From NCBI RefSeq assembly GCF_001194135.2, contig NC_068993.1, forward strand, positions 36,355,205 to 36,419,204: 64,000 nucleotides of DNA. The letters run 5' to 3'. The translations under genes were made by a program, and so were the position numbers. The stretch's first letter is position 1; every line of letters starts with the position of its first letter. Shown here piece after piece: positions 13,595 through 25,528 of this stretch. This stretch comes from Octopus bimaculoides. Its lineage: Eukaryota. The notes under the pieces were generated by a model, which saw only the letters and a program-made list of their open reading frames with translations, was not told the origin of the DNA and did no database searches.

Positions 13595-14339
13595 GCATAA
13601 TGATTTGCAATATTTACATATTACCAAACGAAATATACATTACAATGACATTTAAAGACCACCGTACCTCGCAACACGAGTTGAAATACCAGTTACCGGT
13701 AATGCACTCTATAAATAGAATATCTCCTTGAATTTATGTGTGTGTGTGTGAGTGGTATTAAATATAAAACAGTCGCCAGGTTACACTACAAATCATTTCA
13801 TGACATTATATCATAGTTGCCTAATTCTATCTACAACTATCCGAAGTAAAACACTAGTAGTCCTAATGAATTCAAGCTTCCTCCAGATTTGTCTCGCACG
13901 GTCAATCACCAAAAATGTAAATTAAACAACTAGGACAAAACTATTCGTACTGTATTACACTGCATTGCAATAAATACGACCAAATAGTACGGAGTGCTCT
14001 TATTTCTCATATATATCTTTTATGCTTTTCTCTTTTATTTGTTTCAGTCATTAGACTGTGGCCATACTGGGGCACCATCTTGGACTTTTAGTCCCNNNNN
14101 NNNNNNNNNNNNNNNNNNNNNNNNNNNNNNNNNNNNNNNNNNNNNNNNNNNNNNNNNNNNNNNNNNNNNNNNNNNNNNNNNNNNNNNNNNNNNNNNNNNN
14201 NNNNNNNNNNNNNNNNNNNNNNNNNNNNNNNNNNNNNNNNNNNNNNNNNNNNNNNNNNNNNNNNNNNNNNNNNNNNNNNNNNNNNNNNNNNNNNNNNNNN
14301 NNNNNNNNNNNNNNNATATATATACATATACATGCATAT

Positions 14340-14720
14340 ATGGATAGAGGACATCACCAACGGTGCAAATAACATGAAATACGTAAACAACGAACAAAAA
14401 TGGAAAACAGGACAAGTAAACACAGAGAAAGGGCCCTTCATCAGTTATCGGCTGTGTATCTACTCCTCTTTTCGAGCATTCAACGACAATATGAGTCTTC
14501 AAAGTCAGTTGCTCCCATAAATTCTAAAATAAAATTTAGGATTTATGGAGGGTCAAAGTTGAGAACAAAGACATGACAGTGGAAACATACAAGGAAACCG
14601 AACGAAAACAAACATGGAGGGTCGTTAGACCAGAACGAGAGGAAAATAGTGAACGCTGTTAGAAATATATTTTTTGCAAAAAGAAAAAATAGAAGATAGG
14701 GAAGGCAATTATGCGGGAGA
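14340..14720 (-). repeat. Interspersed repeat shared with 4330-4530 (probable retroelement terminus)
   Basis: GTCGTTAGACC.GAACGAG.GGAAAATAGTGAA.GCTG..AGAAATAT is present at both ~4345 and ~14620. Confidence 0.6.
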
Positions 14721-14879
14721 GAGAGAGGGGAGGGCAATTATGCGGATAAGCAAATTAGACCAAAAATATATCAAACATATTAAACATCACAAATACAAAA
14801 TATGTATATATGTATACATGCAATACGAGAGAAAGCAAAAGGTAGGAACATTCTGATGATGAATTTTTATGTATAAATA

Positions 14880-15430
14880 TATAGATATTTATATTGAAAA
14901 GTACAACTTACACAAAGTACAAACGACAGAAAAAATATTGAAGGGGTCGAAGAACGGTGTTAATAAATCCAACAGCTGTTTCTGGGGACTCAGTGATCCA
15001 TAATAATGTTGATAGATTTAGTTCATCACAATATGCGGCCGTATGGATGCAATTAACATTGGATGAGACCAGCCACTGGTATCAGGGTAGAGAAGATCTT
15101 ACATTTCAGATCTCCATGCTGAAAAGTTCAAAGATGGAATGATTAAATGTGGTGAGCTAGCTGTATGAGAGGGGAAATTGGGGGCATTAAGACAGGGAAT
15201 GGTGAGAGGATGAAAGACAGTTCAAGAAGAGTGAGGGGTTAATAATGGGGGTACTAAGGGAGGTAGTAGTAGAGGTGGAGATTAGGAAGATGAATAGTAG
15301 GGTAGGGTAGGGTAGATAGTATTTGAATGGTAATCTGTTGTGTTGGAATTGTTAAAGTTTAGGGATAAAAGGGAATGGCAACTATTTGAGGGAAGTAAAG
15401 TGTCAAGTTCAGTGGCCACTGAACTAGACA
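14880..15430 (-). mobile_element. Highly degraded Penelope-like C-terminal region (tentative)
   Basis: Minus-strand ACAGATTACCATTC (TDYHS) resembles the PLE at ~53340, and SSNV..CI resembles a GIY-YIG start. Confidence 0.3.
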
Positions 15431-15447
15431 TATAGATGTGTATAGTG

Positions 15448-15536
15448 GGGTAGTTTAGCTTAATCGGTCAAAGCATCGTGATGCGTAATCACGGGGATAT
15501 GAGTTCGAGTCCACAGCTAGCCACCTACACTTTTTT
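15448..15536 (+). pseudogene. tRNA-Thr(CGT)-like pseudogene or SINE head
   Basis: D arm GCTT/AAGC, anticodon arm CGTGA-TGCGTAA-TCACG, T loop TTCGAGT, acceptor GGGTAGT/GCTAGCC, then T6. The T stem is broken and U33 is lost. Confidence 0.55.
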
Positions 15537-16114
15537 CTCCAAAATAGGGGTAGTTTATCCTGTTCAGGCTATATTATTAGCATTATTCTGCGATTGAGAA
15601 TTTAAAATCACTTATTTAACTTTCTAAGACATCTCAACGCTTCTAAAAGCAAACTTCGTGTGTTTATTTACGTTTGTCGTAATTTGAATTTATACATATA
15701 TACATATTGTTGTATTTCAGGAGATTCATTATGCCAATAATAAACACACACACTGGTTCTTTTGAACTTTTTTGTTATTTGTTAATAGGTTAGTCATTTA
15801 ACCAATTTAGCTAATCGATTGTTTGATTATTCATTCAGTTTATCAATCAATCAGTTATGTTTGACAAAGTCCTCTTCAATGCCATGCGACGATATGACTT
15901 TTGACAAGCGCAAGTGATTAATTGATTTACCGAATGATTAGTCAAACAACACATATGGTTAACAGGCTAAATAGTTAATCAATTGATAAATAATAAAGTG
16001 AATTAGAACCAGTGCGGGTGTTTATAATTTGGCATAATGACCCAACCGAAATACACCAAAATCTGTTTCTACACAAGTGTTCACATAAAGAATCTTGCGA
16101 GCCAAATACAAAAG

Positions 16115-16162
<48 letters not shown>

Positions 16163-16170
16163 GCGTGTGT

Positions 16171-17345
16171 GTGTGGACAGAATAATGGAAACATCTTAAA
16201 ATTTCAAACAAATTTATTTTAATATGGAGTAGGACCGCCTTTGGCAGTAATTACNNNNNNNNNNNNNNNNNNNNNNNNNNNNNNNNNNNNNNNNNNNNNN
16301 NNNNNNNNNNNNNNNNNNNNNNNNNNNNNNNNNNNNNNNNNNNNNNNNNNNNNNNNNNNNNNNNNNNNNNNNNNNNNNNNNNNNNNNNNNNNNNNNNNNN
16401 NNNNNNNNNNNNNNNNNNNNNNNNNNNNNNNNNNNNNNNNNNNNNNNNNNNNNNNNNNNNNNNNNNNNNNNNNNNNNNNNNNNNNNNNNNNNNNNNNNNN
16501 NNNNNNNNNNNNNNNNNNNNNNNNNNNNNNNNNNNNNNNNNNNNNNNNNNNNNNNNNNNNNNNNNNNNNNNNNNNNNNNNNNNNNNNNNNNNNNNNNNNN
16601 NNNNNNNNNNNNNNNNNNNNNNNNNNNNNNNNNNNNNNNNNNNNNNNNNNNNNNNNNNNNNNNNNNNNNNNNNNNNNNNNNNNNNNNNNNNNNNNNNNNN
16701 NNNNNNNNNNNNNNNNNNNNNNNNNNNNNNNNNNNNNNNNNNNNNNNNNNNNNNNNNNNNNNNNNNNNNNNNNNNNNNNNNNNNNNNNNNNNNNNNNNNN
16801 NNNNNNNNNNNNNNNNNNNNNNNNNNNNNNNNNNNNNNNNNNNNNNNNNNNNNNNNNNNNNNNNNNNNNNNNNNNNNNNNNNNNNNNNNNNNNNNNNNNN
16901 NNNNNNNNNNNNNNNNNNNNNNNNNNNNNNNNNNNNNNNNNNNNNNNNNNNNNNNNNNNNNNNNNNNNNNNNNNNNNNNNNNNNNNNNNNNNNNNNNNNN
17001 NNNNNNNNNNNNNNNNNNNNNNNTCCCTCTTTCTCAAAGGCTGTCATTACTTTCGAGACAGTACTTCTTGATACACCAAACATTTCGGCTGTTTTCGTTA
17101 CGCTAGCGCCTGCCATACGAGCACCAACAATTTGACCTCTTTGAAAGTCCAATAGATCTGTGATTTTAATGAATTTTAATTACCTTTTGCTGATGATATC
17201 TGAAAAGAAACAGCAATTTTAGCAAAACATATTTAGCAACACTAATAATAAATCAAAAAACATAAAAATAAACAAGCTTTTGACGGTTTTATAGATATTT
17301 CAAAATTATGATGCTAGGTGTTGCCATTATTTTGTCCAACCCCTG
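16171..17345 (-). mobile_element. Tc1-family transposon, probably near full length (centre in N gap)
   Basis: N-terminus DFQRGQIVGARMAGASVTKTAEMFGVSRSTVSKV and C-terminus VITAKGGPTPY*. TIRs (CAGGGGT)TGGACA.AATAATGG.AACA.CT at both ends, TA at 17346. Start codon reads ATC. Confidence 0.9.
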
Positions 17346-17835
17346 TATATGCACAATCATTTATTCATCTAAAGGCGGTACCAAAGCCAATGAGGCGTGC
17401 TTACTACTAGTTGAAAATTATTTTTCTTCTTGTACTTATATACTTCCTTTTGTATACATTACAATATACAACTCTTACACAATTGTGTCGATGTACTATA
17501 CAATTGTGCATACGCACTATCATAATAAAATATACATAAATGTACATTCCCAACCCTTGACAAGCACCATTGACTAAGAAGAATATTATCTACTAATGAG
17601 CCAACTCCGATAAGGTTGTTTCGATTTCAGCTATTGTTATTTAATATCATTTTGTCAGTTTTGAACATTTAAAATTTGCATTTCATCTAACAATCTGTAA
17701 ATCCTATTAACGTAGATATACTGTAAGAAAGCTGTAATACTGCAGTATTCGTCTTGAGAATGCATCTTGTATAGTACTAAAAAGTACAGAACAATCAGTA
17801 GCAGACAAAAAAAAGTGGAGCCTCGGCGGTGGAAC

Positions 17836-17953
17836 TGCTAGCTCATATGATTTCTGCGTATTTGCGCGTCATCAGCAGCAAGTATCCACTATCACCGCAG
17901 ACGCGCGAATGCGCAGAAATCACGTGAGCTAGCATCTCCACTACCGGAGATGC
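17836..17953 (+). other. 35-bp imperfect inverted repeat plus an adjacent 8-bp hairpin in a CpG-rich island
   Basis: 17836-17870 pairs with 17900-17934. GCATCTCC-ACTACC-GGAGATGC lies at 17932-17953. Confidence 0.85.
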
Positions 17954-18432
17954 ACATTTCTCGTCTTTTGTTGATATTTCTAGACCTTTTAGCACTATAT
18001 GCCTACAGAAGATCTTTGTATTATACCGTCCAAGAATTCTAGGAGATTCTAAAAAAACACCGCGAGCGAGCGCGGAAGGCACAAGAAGTTTTTCCATTAG
18101 CGTGCAGTTTTTGAAACACCAAAAATTTTATTAAAAATAATTGTTATAGATTTGAAATAGTTATGAATTTCGTACCCTAGTAAAATAATCGATTCATTTA
18201 TGCATGTAAGTCTATATACATTTATGTATGGATATGCACAGGCATGTATATACATGGCTATGAGACGTCTTGGCACAGCCTTTTCGGCGTCACTGATTCA
18301 ACACTGACTTATTTCACATCAGACGTTTTAATAGTTCCCTCGTTCTCTTCCTCCCTCCATCCTCTCTCTCCCTCTCTCACACACTCTCTCTCTATCTCTA
18401 TATATCTATCTATCTCTCTTTCACTCTTTCTC

Positions 18433-18467
<35 letters not shown>

Positions 18468-18509
18468 ATATTGCCATTAACAAATTGTGATGTTCCTCTC
18501 TTCCTCCCT

Positions 18510-18560
<51 letters not shown>

Positions 18561-18994
18561 TTTCTCTCTTGCAAATACACGCGCACATACACACTCACAC
18601 ATTCTTTCTATATTTATGCATACGGGTGTGTATGCGTTGTCTCCAACGCCCAAATGTCCATTCAGCCACGTCATAACGTCAGTGTCCAATAGTGTCATTC
18701 TATAGGTATGTGTCTCTTATATACGAATCTATATTACCTTTCATTTTAAGTGTTTGAATTCTGACTATATAGAGGTTTCTGGTAACAAATGACCAAATAA
18801 TTGAGGGGTTTAGTTAATAGCAACTGTGAAATGTTACACTTTAAACTTTATAGAAGTCTTGCACATTTTTATTGTCCCGGTTAAGTATTTCCACATGGTT
18901 TATTAGATAGTCACAATTTTACCTGAAAAGTTCATGCTTTCGATACTCCATGTATGTATGTATGTATGTATGTATGTATGTATGTATATACACA

Positions 18995-19085
18995 TATGTG
19001 TCTTCTGAGTTCAAATACTGCCGATGTCAACTTTGCCTTCCATCCTTTCGAAGTCGATAAAATAAAGTACCAGTCAAATTCTAGG
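18995..19085 (+). mobile_element. SINE family C fragment (a minus-strand fragment also at ~19795-19895)
   Basis: TTCTGAGTTCAAAT..GCCGA.GTC.ACTTTGCCTT.CATCCTTTCG..GTCGATAAAATAA.GTACCAGT motif. Confidence 0.75.
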
Positions 19086-19470
19086 GTGCAGTGTATTGTG
19101 TGTGTGTATATAAGTATATATTATATACCCGTGTATACATATTTTTCCTTAATTGCATTTCAAGGAAACCGGAGCATAGCCCTATACATCTTGCGTGTTG
19201 AAAGAATTAGTTGCATCGTCATGCGTTGTCGTCACTGCTCCAATTGATTAAGTCAGACGATACGGAGCATAACGATCTTTTCCGCATTCAATAATTTGCC
19301 GATATCTTGAAATCAAAGTAACTAACACGCATGCTTCAGTCTTAACGATGTATTGATTAATATACTGCCTGCTCTTTCAAATTCTTAGGTTTACTCGTGG
19401 TATTCTCGAACAATATGTACTTATTTCCAATTCTGTTTATCAAATTATAAATGTACTGTACATGTAATGT

Positions 19471-19502
<32 letters not shown>

Positions 19503-19730
19503 NNNNNNNNNNNNNNNNNNNNNNNNNNNNNNNNNNNNNNNNNNNNNNNNNNNNNNNNNNNNNNNNNNNNNNNNNNNATATATATGGGGGGGGGGATATG
19601 TATATGTATGCGATGACAGTGACTTCGAAGTGTCACCAAATTTGGTCGTTCAAACTGTATAAGATGAATAAATATATTAAAATAACCAGGGTGAGATCAA
19701 AAGTGATAATGAGAGGCGAAACATTATTAG

Positions 19731-19768
<38 letters not shown>

Positions 19769-20639
19769 AATAATAATAATCCTTTCTATTATAGGCACAA
19801 AACCTGAAATTTTGGGGGAGGGAATTGATGACATCAACCCCAGTACTTGACTGCTACTCAAGTTATCGACTTTGAAAAGACGAAAGGTAAAGTCGAATAA
19901 TAACTAGAACGACAACGACGACGATGATGATGTTGATGATGACTTTTTATTGGCCACAAGGGCCCAAGACATTGAGGTCAATATCAAAGGACGAAATACA
20001 ACAGAGAAAGAGGAGAGGTTTACGTCAATCAAAAGAGAAACCACAATAAGGATATGACGAAAGATATAAAAATAGAAATCAGGAAATAAATAAATAGATA
20101 AAGAAAGAAAGGAAGAAAGGAAGGAAGAAAATCCCCAACAGCGGTCAGTCCACCTTGTGTTATTCGTGTTTGACGATACTTTTAAGTTACAGACTTTTAA
20201 AAAAAGTATGCTAACAACGTCACGTATTGAATTTGTCGGTTAATTTTTTTCCTTTTTTAATGTACACGTTCATACGCATACACATGTACACAAACGCTAA
20301 TGTTTATACAAACGGGGTGAAAACAACTCAATACACAATGTGCTTATATGATTTTCTTATAACCTCCTAACTAAAATAAATTTGTGTCTGATTGTGCACT
20401 TGTGCACGTACGCATATGTATGTTTGTCGATATCTGTAGTATGTACATTAAAGATATGTCTACGGATATCTATTTAACTGTCTGTCGATATATGTATGTG
20501 TGTGTGTACGTGTGCGTGTGTGTGTGTACGTGTGCGTATGTGTGTGTGTGTGTTCCTGTACACAGATGATAGAGAGGGAGTGGGAGAAAAAGAAAGAGAG
20601 ACAAACAGATAGACAGATAGAAGCTAGTATGTATATACG

Positions 20640-20755
20640 TCATTACTCAGCTTATTTCAAGATTTCTTGCCAATAGAGAAAGAACCGGTTTCTTATCTAG
20701 ATCCAAGGTTCCTTCATTGGATTTTCAACATCAACAACAGGGTGTTTCTGTTTGT
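20640..20755 (+). repeat. ~115 bp repeat flanked by TATG tracts
   Basis: Matches the reverse complement of 6548-6662. Confidence 0.8.
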
Positions 20756-20774
20756 ATGTATGTATGTATGTATG

Positions 20775-22146
20775 TGTGGAGGCGCAATGGCCCAGTGGTT
20801 AGGGCAGAAGACTCGCGGTCATAGGATCGCGGTTTCGATTCCCAGACCAGGCGTTGTGAGTGTTTATTGAGCGAAAACACCTAAAGCTTCACGAGGCTCC
20901 GGCAGGAGATGGTGGCGAACCCTGCTGTACTCTTCCACCACAACTTTCTCTCACTCTTTCTTCCTGTTTCGGATCTTTGTGATTTGACGGGCAACACTTG
21001 TTTTCTTAACGAAACACTTTCAAACTTGGGACACTGGTAGAATGTGTCATATAAAACAACTTCTTCTCTTAACCTTCTTAACNNNNNNNNNNNNNNNNNN
21101 NNNNNNNNNNNNNNNNNNNNNNNNNNNNNNNNNNNNNNNNNNNNNNNNNNNNNNNNNNNNNNNNNNNNNNNNNNNNNNNNNNNNNNNNNNNNNNNNNNNN
21201 NNNNNNNNNNNNNNNNNNNNNNNNNNNNNNNNNNNNNNNNNNNNNNNNNNNNNNNNNNNNNNNNNNNNNNNNNNNNNNNNNNNNNNNNNNNNNNNNNNNN
21301 NNNNNNNNNNNNNNNNNNNNNNNNNNNNNNNNNNNNNNNNNNNNNNNNNNNNNNNNNNNNNNNNNNNNNNNNNNNNNNNNNNNNNNNNNNNNNNNNNNNN
21401 NNNNNNNNNNNNNNNNNNNNNNNNNNNNNNNNNNNNNNNNNNNNNNNNNNNNNNNNNNNNNNNNNNNNNNNNNNNNNNNNNNNNNNNNNNNNNNNNNNNN
21501 NNNNNNNNNNNNNNNNNNNNNNNNNNNNNNNNNNNNNNNNNNNNNNNNNNNNNNNNNNNNNNNNNNNNNNNNNNNNNNNNNNNNNNNNNNNNNNNNNNNN
21601 NNNNNNNNNNNNNNNNNNNNNNNNNNNNNNNNNNNNNNNNNNNNNNNNNNNNNNNNNNNNNNNNNNNNNNNNNNNNNNNNNNNNNNNNNNNNNNNNNNNN
21701 NNNNNNNNNNNNNNNNNNNNNNNNNNNNNNNNNNNNNNNNNNNNNNNNNNNNNNNNNNNNNNNNNNNNNNNNNNNNNNNNNNNNNNNNNNNNNNNNNNNN
21801 NNNNNNNNNNNNNNNNNNNNNNNNNNNNNNNNNNNNNNNNNNNNNNNNGTTCTATAACACAAAATATACAAGTATTCGAAGTTTGAAAGTGTTTCGGTAC
21901 CAAAAACACTACATAAAAAAATGTTGCCCGTCAAATCACAAAGATCCCCTGTTTCTGTTGTACCTGTAATTCAAAGGGTCAGCCTTGTCACACTGTGTCA
22001 CGCTGAATATCCCCGAGAACTACGTTAAGGGTACACGTGTCTGTGGAGTGCTCAGCCACTTACACGTTAATTTCACGAGCAGGCTGTTCCGTTGATCGGA
22101 TCAACTGGAACCCTCGATGTCGTAAGCGACGGGGTGCCAACAACAA
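20775..22146 (+). mobile_element. SINE family B (tRNA-Arg(TCG)-like head), interrupted by a MITE
   Basis: Head GGAGGCGCAATGGCCCAGTGG..GACTCGCGG..GGTTTCGATTCC. The body resumes after the TSD at 21948 and ends in CAACAA. A related minus-strand copy lies at 40500-40739. Confidence 0.85.
20971..21947. mobile_element. Merlin-type MITE 1
   Basis: Perfect 26-bp TIR GGATCTTTGTGATTTGACGGGCAACA and 8-bp TSD CCTGTTTC (20963-20970 and 21948-21955). Interior mostly N. Confidence 0.85.
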
Positions 22147-22254
22147 AGTGTATGTATGTATGTATGACAGGTCAGGTCACTCTTAGTGCTACTGTTAACA
22201 TGTAACACACTACAAACTGTTGCATGGGTGGATGGTCGGCGATTAAATCGGCAA

Positions 22255-22422
22255 GGTAAATTTTCAGATTAACACCCGCACGATTTTCACTAGGGTGTTA
22301 GGGTCAGGGTTAGGGTTAGGGTTAGGATTAGGGTTAGGGTTTAGGGTTACGGTTAGGGTTAGGGTTAGGGTTAGGGACGGAATTCCCTAACCCTAACCCT
22401 AAAACCCTAATCCTAACCCTAA

Positions 22423-22455
<33 letters not shown>

Positions 22456-22532
22456 AACACTAACCCTGACCCTAAAACCCTAACTCTAACACCGTAATGA
22501 AAATCGTGCGGGTGTTAATCTGAAAATTTACC
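22255..22532. mobile_element. Palindromic MITE with (TTAGGG)n/(CCCTAA)n interior, Merlin-like
   Basis: Perfect 35-bp TIR GGTAAATTTTCAGATTAACACCCGCACGATTTTCA. 8-bp TSD ATCGGCAA/ATCGACAA (1 mismatch). Confidence 0.85.
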
Positions 22533-22699
22533 ATCGACAACACTAACAAACCTGCGTGGTAAACAGTATGGTTTTCGTTGGACACGCTGCAGGTCGAAAA
22601 ACGAAACCTTTCAAAGGACGTATTAACTTAGTAAAGCCAACGGTTATCCAACAGCTGGAAGTGAGCGATTCTTAGTCTTTGTTTAGATATCTCTGCAGA

Positions 22700-22749
22700 T
22701 AGATAGATAGATAGTTAGATAGATAGATAGATTAGATAGACAGACAGAC

Positions 22750-22804
<55 letters not shown>

Positions 22805-22805
22805 C

Positions 22806-22847
<42 letters not shown>
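22700..22847. repeat. (GATA)n/(GACA)n microsatellite
   Basis: Direct inspection. Confidence 0.95.
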
Positions 22848-22848
<1 letters not shown>

Positions 22849-23669
22849 ATAATAAAAATGCATAGGATGAGAGAGTTTTCAAGGTATTGATTTATCGGTC
22901 TATATTTCTATTCACCTAGCAATCCACTTATTAAATGATATACTCACCTGTCTACATTACAGTTTATCTAGCTATCGATCAGTTTGTCTCTTTAATGAAA
23001 TACTACTTTAACCACGAGAGACCTCCACAAACTGTGAACATGTAACATAAATCAACTTTTCCTGCGTACATGACCGACGGCTTTCATAACAACGATATAT
23101 TCTTGGCGGGAGGGAGAAAGAAGAGATTCTAGTGTGGTCAGGTTTCAAAGTTACTGAAAACCGATGGAAGTGATGCTAAATGTGAGCTTTGTATACATTC
23201 CTTGATTCAACATAGACCGAAGACTTACATTAAATCTCAAACTCGTTGAACTTCTGACACAGTTTCTGGCTTTCCTTATAATTCAATTGTTGCAGTAGAT
23301 GGACGATGATGCTATAAGCTAAGTGGTCCGTTGTACTAAAGATGTCAGTGTCCTTGAGATATTAATGTTTTATTTATCTATTTGTGTGGGGTTTTTTTTT
23401 CAATCATTACACAAAATAAAGAAATAGCTAAGATACATCATATATATACATATATATATAAAGATTCATTTCTGTTAGGTACTTAAATTGAGGCACCTTG
23501 CTAGTTCGGTATAATCTGCATACCCCAACAATATCATTTGAATATTGAATATCATGTGTGTCTGTGTGTGTGTGTGTGTGTGTACGTGATTATTTTTGTA
23601 CGGATGTACTATGTAAATATATGTTTGTGTATAAATGTACGTGCATGTGTGTGTGTGTGTGTGTGTGTG

Positions 23670-23816
23670 TGTGGTAAGACGCTTGCTTCCCAACCATATG
23701 GTTCCAGGTTCAGACCCATTGCGTGGCACCTTGAGCAAGTGTCTTCTACAATAGCCTCGGGCAGGTCAAAGCTTTGTGAGTGGATTTAGTAGACGAAAGC
23801 GGAAAGAAGCCCGTCG

Positions 23817-23820
<4 letters not shown>
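23670..23820 (+). mobile_element. SINE family A, 5' half
   Basis: GTGGTAAGA.GCTTGCTTCCCAACCA..GGCACCTTGAGCAAGTGTCTTCTAC. Confidence 0.85.
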
Positions 23821-23903
<83 letters not shown>

Positions 23904-24280
23904 TAGAAGTGAAATGTAAGAAGACAGAGGTTAAATTATATAGAATGGTTGAAATCACTTATAGGAACTAAAGATATGTTTCTGCCAATGTTTACAACGA
24001 TAAACGCGTTCTATAAACGTGTTTACAAGGAGATTCTTTGAGAATAGAATATAAAACATTTCGCTATTACAAAGCGAGCAGAAATGTTTACCTTTATCAT
24101 ACGGTAAAGAAATAGAGAGAATATTCCATTCCAAATTAAATTGTTTATTATGATCTTTTAGATTAATTTACTAAACCCTGTATTGTTACGTTTATTGATA
24201 AGCTTAAATGTAGAGTAATGATTAGATATTCTTTTGGACAACTGAGATGAAGAACTACCAATATAAAAGAAGACGTCAGG

Positions 24281-24522
24281 AACGGTGGATCTCTACGAAG
24301 ATAAAGCTATCAATAATAACGTACAAGTATTGGATTAAGAAAACCATGGATACAAAAGGATCGAAGGCTGTAAACATGACAGAAACACCTGTTAGCTTGC
24401 TATGTTGTCAGATGTAGGTTCGAATCCTACGAACAGCCTTCGACTTTTTGTAGCCAAGGGGGTTTTTATTCAATATTTGCACGTTGTTATTTAAAGCTTT
24501 ATCTGCTTCCAGATCCACCATT
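24281..24522. repeat. ~90-bp diverged inverted repeat enclosing a tRNA T-arm hairpin
   Basis: 24281-24371 aligns to the reverse complement of 24433-24522. The spacer contains GTAGG-TTCGAAT-CCTAC (24414-24430). Confidence 0.8.
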
Positions 24523-24691
24523 GCAAAAAAGAATTATTTCACGTTCTCTCGTTTGTAAATTCTTATGACCTTAACAACTGACAGACAGACAGATGAACAG
24601 ATAGATAGATAGATAGATAGATAGATACGTGTGTTTACCTGTCTTCATACCTATGTATATGTCTACTTATTTATGTACATAATTGCAATGT

Positions 24692-24729
<38 letters not shown>

Positions 24730-25528
24730 CGTGACACACATAGATAGAAGTATGTCACGTGTGTGATAGGGCAGAACCTTCTTGGTCGTCTTGGTCGTCG
24801 TGATCGTTGTCGTCGTCGTCGTCGTTATCGTCGTCATCATCAACAACAACAATATAATGAAACAGGAACTGCACATGTGCGCGGTTGAAATGTAAGCAAT
24901 TCTGATTCTTCGTTCTTCGTTTTCGCCATTACGGTTTATTTACATTCCTGATACGTTAATGATATACAAGACCTAAACTCAGGCACTCCATTGAAAATAA
25001 AGAATGTTTTGCTTCAAATAGAAAGGAAATCTCGGAGCTGTTTCTGTCTGGCAATGTGGCTGGGTGTGAGACAGTGTGCTGAGATCGAATCATTGGAAGT
25101 ATGCTTTGAACTGACGTCGCTTGAAGGATCCGTTTCAACCATTGAGAAATTACAGAAATTTTTTAATTCTATTTTATATTTATTTGTTAAGGTTTTTAAG
25201 GCTTCGTTGCATCTCTGTGGTCTGATCAGAGATACAGTTCCAATGTTCGATTGTGGCGTGGCCATTTTAACCTATTCCTTTCTCTGACACCAGACCTGTC
25301 TAAAAAATATATCTTTTATACCTTGTTAAAAAAAGTAGCCAACATTTATATATAGAACATAGCGAGTAGAGGAGTGAAACACGTAAGTTCCTTATTAGCA
25401 AACTATTCGATACGGTTTCGATTTCTGATTGAAGTAGCCTTCAGCTCTACGACTCTGATATCTTTTCTAATTGTTCTCTACGAGGAAAAGCTTGAACAAT
25501 GTACAGAACAATAGAGAAGATAGATGAA

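Noticed and set aside
20777-20850. Functional tRNA-Arg gene
   Set aside because: It continues into a SINE body with no acceptor-stem closure or terminator, and a second diverged copy lies at 40.7 kb.
22255-22532. True ancestral chromosome fusion site
   Set aside because: Perfect TIRs and an 8-bp TSD are better explained by transposition.
25405-25450. Hammerhead-like CTGAAGG..CGAAACCGTA on the minus strand
   Set aside because: The core box is truncated and stem II does not pair. At most a heavily decayed relic.
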